Positions 57,912 to 64,000 of a DNA stretch of 64,000 bases are shown piece after piece (position 1 is the stretch's first letter; every line of letters starts with the position of its first letter). The stretch comes from Candidatus Woesearchaeota archaeon (GTDB lineage Archaea > Nanobdellota > Nanobdellia > Woesearchaeales > WAPJ01). Below the pieces are notes generated by a model. The model ran no database searches. It was given only the letters and a program-made list of their open reading frames with translations, and had not been told where the DNA came from. A program made the position numbers and the translations under genes. Location of the stretch: assembly GCA_047602765.1 (NCBI GenBank), contig JBLKOL010000002.1, positions 10,597 to 74,596 of the forward strand, written 5' to 3'.

Positions 57912-58346
57912 ATGGAGCGAAGACTCAAGAAACGCCGTCGAGGCACGGCGATCATCGAGTATGAGAAGGGCGTGCTCGTGGTTACGATGAACGGTCGGGC
58001 GTACATGACGCTCGGCGGTGAGGCGAACCGCAACGAGTCGCGGATGCAAGCTACGATCCGCGAGATCAAAGAGGAGACGGGCCTTGAACCGTACTTTTCG
58101 ATGGCGCTCTTCCGCTACTCGGGCCTCAAGCGAAAGACGCACCAGAACTTGCATACCGTCTATTACGTGAAGGCTACCGGTACGCCGCGGCCCAAGCAGG
58201 AGATCAAACGCATCGCATATCATACGCCTGGTTCATCGCTGATCCTCTCAACGGAGACGCGTGAGATCCTCACGCGGTTCTACGCCTTCAAAGAGAAGCA
58301 TGCGGAGCTCTTCGATACGATCAATGCGTATGCGTTCGCACGTTAG
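57912..58346 (+). CDS. NUDIX hydrolase.
   Basis: Nudix box GGEANRNESRMQATIREIKEETG. Confidence 0.8.
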   Translation: MERRLKKRRRGTAIIEYEKGVLVVTMNGRAYMTLGGEANRNESRMQATIREIKEETGLEPYFSMALFRYSGLKRKTHQNLHTVYYVKATGTPRPKQEIKRIAYHTPGSSLILSTETREILTRFYAFKEKHAELFDTINAYAFAR

Positions 58347-59131
58347 ATCCTGAAGAGGCGTCGTGCGTTCTCGTAGAGTATGAGTTCGCAGTCGCGCGCT
58401 TCGAGTCCTTTGAGCTCTGCGATGATCGGGATCGCACGGGCGATGTGCGCTGGCTCTGAGCGGTCTTCTCCTTTGGGTGCGAGGAACGGTGCGTCGGTTT
58501 CGGTGAGCAATCTTGATTCGGGTACCATGCGTACGAGGTTCTGGAACTGTTCGGAGTGTTCGACGATGACCGGTACGGAGAACCACGTGCGTGCGCGTTC
58601 GAGCGCGCGGGTGATGAGTTTCTTCTTGCCGCTGAAACAGTGGAGTACGGCTTTGACATCGCGGTGGTGTTCGAGGAGTTCGATGATCCGCTCTTCTGCT
58701 CTGCGCGAGTGTATGATGACCGGCAGGTCTCGTTCTCGTGCGATCACCAGGACCTCTTCGAAGAGTTTCTCGTCGCGTAGACGGGTTTCTTCGGTTGTCT
58801 GCGTGAAGTCGAGTCCTACCTCTCCGATCGCGACGATGCCGTCTTGTTCTCTGAGCAAGGAGAGGTTTCGCTGTATATCGAGTTCTGCTTCTTCGAGGAA
58901 TCCTGCCACAACGTCCGCTTCGAGTCCTGCGAGCGGGTAGAATCCTACGGCGCGGTGGAGCCGTACGGGTCCTGCATAGGCGCTCGTGATGCGCGTGGCT
59001 GTTTCGAACGTTGTTGTCTCAAGGCTGTTGAGGATGATGTCAGTGACGCCTACTGCGTGTGCGCGTTCGAATACGTCGATGAGCTCAGCGGTCGTGAACC
59101 TCTCGAGGTGGACGTGGATGTCGCAGATCAT
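58343..59131 (-). CDS. TatD-family metal-dependent hydrolase/DNase.
   Basis: MICDIHVHL… and conserved E/H/D series. Confidence 0.8.
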   Translation of the reverse strand: MICDIHVHLERFTTAELIDVFERAHAVGVTDIILNSLETTTFETATRITSAYAGPVRLHRAVGFYPLAGLEADVVAGFLEEAELDIQRNLSLLREQDGIVAIGEVGLDFTQTTEETRLRDEKLFEEVLVIARERDLPVIIHSRRAEERIIELLEHHRDVKAVLHCFSGKKKLITRALERARTWFSVPVIVEHSEQFQNLVRMVPESRLLTETDAPFLAPKGEDRSEPAHIARAIPIIAELKGLEARDCELILYENARRLFRI

Positions 59132-59176
59132 GCTATTCGGAACCGAGCCGATTATAAAAGGATACGGGCTTGGGAT

Positions 59177-59863
59177 ATGATGCGTATCGTGAGCGTGAAT
59201 ATCGAAGGATCACGACACCTCGATCGTGTTTCTGAACTTCTCGACGAACTCGATCCGGATGTCGTGTGTATGATGGAGCTCTTCGAACGCGACCGTTCGA
59301 TCCTCACCGAGCGGTTCGAGCACACGTTGTTCGCAACGGGCGTTCTCCAAGCTCAGGATGATCATCCGATCGGAGGTGTTGGCTTGGGCTTCGCCTCGAA
59401 GGAGCCGTTCGAGCCTTTCAGCTTCAAGTATTCGGGTCCTGACGCTCCCGGCGAGTACGTGAAATTCGACGAATCGGTACAACAGCACTGGCTCATCGGA
59501 GGAGTGGTACGAGGCGTTGCGATCGCAACGACGCATATGATGGTGACGCGTGATGCGACGATCGTAGCGCAACAATTCGTGGATTGCGAACGCATCATCC
59601 GGTTCCTTGAACGCTACGAACGCGTCGTGTTCTGCGGCGATCTCAACACGCATCGCGGCGGTATCATCTTCGAACGCTTCGCATCTGCATTCACGGACAC
59701 GATACCTGCTGAGGTGACGACGACGCTCGATCAGACGTTGCACCGGTCCGCTCCGATCCACCTTGTTGTTGACGGTGCGTTCACGCGCGGCATCGAAGCA
59801 AGAACGACGCTTCGCTTCGGCGTCTCCGACCACGCAGCACTCGTCATAGAAACTTCAGAGTAG
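59177..59863 (+). CDS. Endonuclease/exonuclease/phosphatase (EEP) family protein.
   Basis: MMRIVSVNIEG…CMMEL…FCGDLN…VSDHAAL pattern. The upstream part of the track ORF is antisense to tatD and rejected. Confidence 0.65.
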   Translation: MMRIVSVNIEGSRHLDRVSELLDELDPDVVCMMELFERDRSILTERFEHTLFATGVLQAQDDHPIGGVGLGFASKEPFEPFSFKYSGPDAPGEYVKFDESVQQHWLIGGVVRGVAIATTHMMVTRDATIVAQQFVDCERIIRFLERYERVVFCGDLNTHRGGIIFERFASAFTDTIPAEVTTTLDQTLHRSAPIHLVVDGAFTRGIEARTTLRFGVSDHAALVIETSE

Positions 59864-59889
59864 CAACGCACCTTTAAAAGACTCTCGAC

Positions 59890-60318
59890 GTGCCCTCCTC
59901 TATGTTCGGTCCTCGGATCGCGCGCGACCTCTTCAATCTGCGGTCGACGCGCAAAGCGGAAGAGAAGACGCTCGTCATCTCCCGCGGAACTAAGACGTAC
60001 ATCGAATCGAACGGTCGTTCGATCAGGCCGCTCGTTGAAGCGATCGCACTGCTCGATCGGCTCGAAGGATGCACGATCTTCGATCGTACCGTCGGGCTCG
60101 CAGCCGCCAAACTCCACCTCGAACTCGAGCCGGGTTCGGTGTATGCGCACGTCATGTCGCGTGAAGCCCAAGAGTTCTTCGAGGCGCACGGCATCCCCTT
60201 CTACGCGCACCGGACGGTCGAGACGATCATCGCGAACGAACGCACGTGCCCGCTCGAAGTCCTCGCCCGCCGTCACGAAGCCGACGAATTGCTCGAGATC
60301 CTCAGCGAATTCTCGTAA
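59890..60318 (+). CDS. Hypothetical protein (possibly DUF1893-like).
   Basis: …GRSIRPLVEAIALLDRLEGCTIFDRTVGLAAAKLHLEL… pattern. Tentative. Confidence 0.45.
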   Translation: MPSSMFGPRIARDLFNLRSTRKAEEKTLVISRGTKTYIESNGRSIRPLVEAIALLDRLEGCTIFDRTVGLAAAKLHLELEPGSVYAHVMSREAQEFFEAHGIPFYAHRTVETIIANERTCPLEVLARRHEADELLEILSEFS

Positions 60319-60361
60319 GGCCGAAACCTATATAACCGGTCCGCCGCGCCGACGACGCTAT

Positions 60362-60434
60362 GCCTCTGTAGCTCAGTGGCCAGAGCGGTTGCCTCGTAAG
60401 CAACAGGTCCGGGGTTCAACTCCCCGCAGAGGCT
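60362..60434 (+). tRNA. tRNA-Thr (anticodon CGU).
   Basis: Manual fold of 73 nt. Acceptor GCCTCTG/CAGAGGC, D-arm GCTC-AGTGGCCA-GAGC, anticodon stem GTTGC/GCAAC with loop CTCGTAA, T-arm CGGGG-TTCAACT-CCCCG. Confidence 0.85.
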
Positions 60435-60600
60435 TGGCCAACAAAGTCTCGTTTCTTTGAGTCTCCCATACACAATCTCGTCGCGGAGGTCGGACTGTAT
60501 CGTTAAGGCACCTTCATCATGCTCCTACCTAGGCGGACTCCAACTAAAGACTCTCAGAAGGACCGAAGCACTCTAATACTCGAATCGCGAAGAATCGCCT

Positions 60601-61431
60601 ATGGCGCGCCGGAAAAAGAACTACACGACCAATCCAATAACCGGAAAGCAAGAACGGGTCCTGCGCTCAGATGAAACCCAGAATCCGTGGACCGGAAAGG
60701 TCAGTAGAAGAAGAACCGGAAAGCGTAGGCTACCAACCAAGAAAAGCGCCCGCTCGAGTAAGCAAGAAATCGACCCTGCCTTCATTCTATTCGTTCTCGT
60801 GGCAGTAGCACTAGCAATCGTGTACCAATGGGCTGTCAACAACCCAATCCTATTCTGGAGCATCATAACTTTGATTGTCGTGGGAACCGGAGTAGCGCTT
60901 TGGAAGATACCAAGCATAAGACCTAGATTCCTGAACAACGTTTTGGGATCAGCGACTTCACACCCGAAATCAGACGAGGCATCAGATCTGGAAGACCCGT
61001 ATGGGAGCATCGTACAAGCCATCAGAGAGACAGAACTCGAACCCGTACGAAACGAGGAGGACTTCGAGAAACAACTCTATCAGTGGCTCAAGGCCAAAGG
61101 ATTCAAAGTACAACGACAAGTCAATGACAGGACCCGTTCACCAGTCGATATAGTCGTAGACGGACAAGTTGCTATAGAGTTGAAGATCGCAGAGTCACTC
61201 AACAGCGTTAGGACCTTAGTCGGTCAAGTAGCTGATGACGTGGACGAATACGACAATGTCATAGGAGTAATCCTCGATGCTGGCAAACTATCAGGAGTAG
61301 AAGAGTACGCTGAGAAGATCAAGCGCGTCAACCCTGAGAAGGTCGACAGCGTAATCCTCAAAGCACCCTTGAACCGAAGGAAGCGAAAGGACAAGTACTT
61401 CCAAGTACGACAGAGCACGACGTACAAGTAA
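60601..61431 (+). CDS. Low-GC gene for a membrane-anchored PD-(D/E)xK nuclease-like protein (basic N-terminal tail, 2 transmembrane segments, restriction-endonuclease-like core).
   Basis: …EEDFEKQLYQWLKAKGF…PVDIVVDGQVAIELK… (E…D…ExK). Codon usage (gga/aca/aga/ata) and ~48% GC differ from the flanks. Directly 3' of the tRNA. Confidence 0.65.
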   Translation: MARRKKNYTTNPITGKQERVLRSDETQNPWTGKVSRRRTGKRRLPTKKSARSSKQEIDPAFILFVLVAVALAIVYQWAVNNPILFWSIITLIVVGTGVALWKIPSIRPRFLNNVLGSATSHPKSDEASDLEDPYGSIVQAIRETELEPVRNEEDFEKQLYQWLKAKGFKVQRQVNDRTRSPVDIVVDGQVAIELKIAESLNSVRTLVGQVADDVDEYDNVIGVILDAGKLSGVEEYAEKIKRVNPEKVDSVILKAPLNRRKRKDKYFQVRQSTTYK

Positions 61432-61436
61432 GAATC

Positions 61437-61979
61437 ATGAAAGCGCTCATCATCATCGATATGCTCGAAGGGTATGCGCAGCAGTGCTACAACCGTGACG
61501 AGGTCGTTGCGAATCAGCTCGCGTTGATCGGTGCGTTCCGAGATCGGAGGCTTCCGATCATCATCGTGAGTGCTGATCTGAGCGCGCCGCCCAATCCGGT
61601 CATGGTTCGGTTGTGGGGTGTGGAGTTCGCTGATGAACCTGAGAAGGCTCGGCTCATCGGTGAGCTCGAGAACGTCGAAGGCGCGACGTACTTCTCCAAG
61701 ACCGAGTACTCTGCGTTCTTCAGAACGCCGCTCGAATCCTTCTGTGAGGAGCACGGTATCGATGAACTGTTCTTCTCTGGTTACGCTTCGGGCGTGTGCG
61801 TGTTCTTCTCGGCGGTTGATGCGGCGATGCGTCGTATCCTTCCCGTGCTCGTCTCTGATGCGTCTACGACGAACGAGCGCTCATGGCACGAGAAGACTTG
61901 TGAGCGTTTCGAGGAGGTCCTCGGTCCGGTGTTGGATACTCAGCAGATTCTCGTGAATCTCGATAATCCGAAAGGGTGA
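61437..61979 (+). CDS. Isochorismatase-family cysteine hydrolase.
   Basis: MKALIIIDMLEGY… and …GYASGVCVFFSAVDA (catalytic Cys region). Confidence 0.75.
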   Translation: MKALIIIDMLEGYAQQCYNRDEVVANQLALIGAFRDRRLPIIIVSADLSAPPNPVMVRLWGVEFADEPEKARLIGELENVEGATYFSKTEYSAFFRTPLESFCEEHGIDELFFSGYASGVCVFFSAVDAAMRRILPVLVSDASTTNERSWHEKTCERFEEVLGPVLDTQQILVNLDNPKG

Positions 61980-62024
61980 CCACACCGTCTCTGATGTGGA
62001 TGGTTTGTGGTCACCTGTGTGACC
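61975..62024. terminator. Three-copy GTGACC/GGTCAC palindrome set between convergent genes (putative bidirectional terminator or regulatory site).
   Basis: GTGACCACA(61975-83)…TGTGGTCAC(62006-14) and GGTCAC-ctgt-GTGACC (62009-24). Confidence 0.35.
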
Positions 62025-62067
62025 TACACCCTTTCATCGTCTGAACCTGCGGGTAGAAAGAATCGTT

Positions 62068-62262
62068 TTACTCGTCGAACACGAACACGTCATCGATTTT
62101 CGAATCGAGTTCTCGTGCGATCCGGTATGCTAATCGCAGTGAGGGGTTGTATTTGCCCGATTCGATGAATACGATGGTCTCTCGCCTCACTCCCACTTTA
62201 TCGGCGAGCTGTTCTTGGGTGAGGGTGTGCCGCGCGCGCAATTCTTTGATCCGTGTTCTCAT
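62068..62262 (-). CDS. XRE-family HTH transcriptional regulator (64 aa).
   Basis: [45 protein letters not shown], a Cro/C1-type HTH. Confidence 0.75.
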   Translation of the reverse strand: MRTRIKELRARHTLTQEQLADKVGVRRETIVFIESGKYNPSLRLAYRIARELDSKIDDVFVFDE

Positions 62263-62582
62263 CGTTCATAGAGGCTCAGCGAGAAGCTGAACGTGAGTAC
62301 CTGGAGTACGAAGAGGCTTGCGATCCCGACCGCTGCCATCTCCATGCTCTCAAGCATGATGAGGGCCACCATGAGCGTTGCGAGTCCGATGGTTGATACG
62401 ACGAACGCGTTTCGTGCGGCTTTTCCGATGTTCTCTGTGAGCATCTCGTCATCCTTCATGCGTGCGAGCGCGAGGAATCCGAAGAAGCCGAAGAAGCCGA
62501 ACAATCCGTAGTTCTGGGTCGGTATGCCGATCAGGCCTACGAGGCCGAGCAGTGCGAGGAGCGCGAGTCGATTCATCTTCAT
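62259..62582 (-). CDS. Small membrane protein co-transcribed with the XRE regulator.
   Basis: Start ATG 62582 ([13 protein letters not shown]…) with GGAG 9 nt upstream. 4-nt overlap with the regulator gene. The AT-rich 62590-62636 is promoter, not coding. Confidence 0.55.
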   Translation of the reverse strand: MKMNRLALLALLGLVGLIGIPTQNYGLFGFFGFFGFLALARMKDDEMLTENIGKAARNAFVVSTIGLATLMVALIMLESMEMAAVGIASLFVLQVLTFSFSLSLYER

Positions 62583-62728
62583 AGCCATCATCTCCGTGTT
62601 CGTTATTTCTAACGTAATGTTAGGTATGTATAACATCCACGTATTTGAATGTTTCGCTTCGAGATACGCTCTTAAGCCCAGAGAGCCGCATCACACGTGT
62701 TATGGCACAACCGAAGCGAAGCGACCCC

Positions 62729-62869
62729 ATGAATACCTACGAGTACCGGTGCATCGCGATCATCGGATCCGGTGAGAAGACCGCTCGTATCCTCAACAGG
62801 TACGGCAACGAAGGCTGGGAGCTCGTATCCGTGGTGTGGATATGGCACTATCTGAAGCGAGCGCGCTGA
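62729..62869 (+). CDS. DUF4177-like small protein (46 aa).
   Basis: MNTYEYRCIAIIGSGEKTARILNRYGNEGWELVSV matches the DUF4177 pattern (M.YEYK…LN.yG.eGWELV). Confidence 0.45.
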   Translation: MNTYEYRCIAIIGSGEKTARILNRYGNEGWELVSVVWIWHYLKRAR

Positions 62870-63201
62870 TGCTTCTCAGCGGAGCAGGGCTCTTCGTGCT
62901 CGGACTGGTCATCAGACGCTACAAGCTGAGCGTTCTGATCGCCGGATACAATACGGCTTCCAAAGCAGAGAAGGAACGCTACGATGAAGAGAAGCTCGTA
63001 CGAACCGTCGGAGGCTTCCTCATGTACGCTGCGATCCTTCTGGTGTTCGGCGGCTTGGTCTCAATGCTCCTCGTACCGTACGCGTCGTACATCGCTACGG
63101 CATCATGGATCGTCTTCTCTGTTGCGCTGCTCATCTGGCTCGTGTATATCAATACGGGCGGGCTGTCTTCTGAAACGATACACACGCATATAAACGCGTG
63201 A
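62836..63201 (+). CDS. DUF3784-like membrane protein.
   Basis: IAGYNTASKAEKERYDEEKL motif flanked by transmembrane helices. Confidence 0.6.
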   Translation: MDMALSEASALMLLSGAGLFVLGLVIRRYKLSVLIAGYNTASKAEKERYDEEKLVRTVGGFLMYAAILLVFGGLVSMLLVPYASYIATASWIVFSVALLIWLVYINTGGLSSETIHTHINA

Positions 63202-63216
63202 GCGCTCGATATCGGT

Positions 63217-63780
63217 GTGGAAACGCTCTTCACAAGCGATCTCTTCGTGTACGTGTTCGTTCCTCTGCTCATCATGCTCTCACGCGTCGTTGATGTGAGT
63301 CTGGGTACTGTTCGGATCATCTTCGCGAACAAAGGTATCAAGGCGTACTCGGCGATCATCGGGTTCTTCGAGGTGCTCGTCTGGCTCGTTGTGATCACGG
63401 CGGTCGTCAACAACCTGAACAACGCCGTCTCGTACGTGGCGTACGCTCTGGGTTTCTCGCTCGGAACGTATCTGGGCATCATGCTCGAAGAGCGCATCGC
63501 GGTCGGCCAGGTGCGTATGAGGATCATCACGAAGAAGAACCTGACGAAGATGATCGATGATCTCAAGCCGACGCGGTACGTGTTCGTGAGCGACTCGACG
63601 GACAGCTCTGAGGGTACGATCAAGATCATCAATGCGTTTCTCGATCGTTCGGACCTCAAGAAGGTCGTAGCGAGGGTGAAGGAGCGCGATCCCGAGGCGT
63701 TCTATACGGTGGAGGATCTCAAGATGATCAAAGAAGAGTACAAGGAGCGCAAGCGCTTCTTTTTCGCGAAACGCAAGTGA
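63217..63780 (+). CDS. DUF2179/UPF0316-family membrane protein.
   Basis: N-terminal transmembrane segments, then a C-terminal domain of UPF0316-like length with basic tail. Confidence 0.6.
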   Translation: METLFTSDLFVYVFVPLLIMLSRVVDVSLGTVRIIFANKGIKAYSAIIGFFEVLVWLVVITAVVNNLNNAVSYVAYALGFSLGTYLGIMLEERIAVGQVRMRIITKKNLTKMIDDLKPTRYVFVSDSTDSSEGTIKIINAFLDRSDLKKVVARVKERDPEAFYTVEDLKMIKEEYKERKRFFFAKRK

Positions 63781-63842
63781 ATATACTCCTTCCTACACCC
63801 ACCAAGAAAGCCTCTTAAACGGTTCTTCGGACAGCCCACCTG

Positions 63843-64000
63843 GGTGGTTGGATGTACCGATACATCAGTGTGTTGCTGATCGCAGTGTTCTCTCTGAGCG
63901 TCGTATCTGCGCTCGAAGTCGATCTTTCGGCGAGCGACGTGCGCTATGGTCAGCCGATCGTATCGGGCTGTATCGAGTCGTCGATCGGTTGTTCTCGTAT
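63843..64000 (+). CDS. Start of a secreted protein (partial, signal peptide).
   Basis: MYRYISVLLIAVFSLSVVSALE signal peptide. Runs off the window. Confidence 0.3.

Noticed and set aside
57231-58223. Minus 330-aa ORF.
   Set aside because: Alternative frame covering a membrane paralog and antisense to the NUDIX gene. R/H-rich.
62979-63659. Minus 226-aa ORF.
   Set aside because: Antisense to the DUF3784 and DUF2179 genes.
1-64000. CRISPR arrays, rRNA genes and additional tRNAs.
   Set aside because: No regularly spaced direct repeats and no rRNA-like conserved blocks were seen. Only one region folds into a tRNA cloverleaf (60362..60434).

Overview
This is a GC-rich (~58-62%) archaeal chromosomal segment. 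The archaeal assignment rests on recognisable archaeal genes: DnaG primase, Orc1/Cdc6, the RNase P protein subunit Rpr2, archease plus RtcB, diphthine synthase, RIO kinase, archaeal-type cytidylate kinase and FtsZ. The proteins are acidic, which suggests a halophile, and the giant surface proteins are reminiscent of DPANN/Nanohaloarchaeota-like lineages, but the lineage is inference only.

Features, from left to right:
- A secretome block at 1-9193 and 18606-24344 on the minus strand. It holds a partial giant Cys-rich secreted protein (>1550 aa), a 1438-aa S8 subtilase fused to Ig-like repeats and a beta-helix region, and an operon of sequon-rich beta-helix and triple-repeat surface proteins. 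All have C-terminal transmembrane anchors.
- A P-loop NTPase neighbourhood at 9408-16216: a HerA/DUF853-like ATPase with a long basic coiled-coil tail, two small unknown proteins, a MoxR AAA+ ATPase with an unusual N-terminal extension, DUF58 and a VWA membrane protein.
- Housekeeping clusters: RIO kinase with Cmk, FtsZ, DnaG, archease, Rpr2, a DEAD-box helicase, FKBP, RtcB, MsrA/MsrB, Orc1/Cdc6, SerRS, TatD and NUDIX.
- One tRNA-Thr(CGU) followed by a ~1-kb low-GC islet encoding a membrane-anchored PD-(D/E)xK-like protein.

Anomalies worth a second look:
- A frameshift separating the signal peptide from the body of the giant surface gene.
- A probable frameshift in a surface-protein paralog.
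- An in-frame TAA inside a GNAT gene.
- A MazG-like gene remnant.
- A ~115-bp direct duplication of the diphthine-synthase 5' end, bounding a low-GC insert.
- A ~500-bp ORF-free gap that may encode an ncRNA.
- Three tandem paralogous membrane proteins next to SerRS.

No CRISPR array or rRNA was seen. Many long ORFs in the supplied track are antisense artefacts of GC-rich coding DNA and were rejected.
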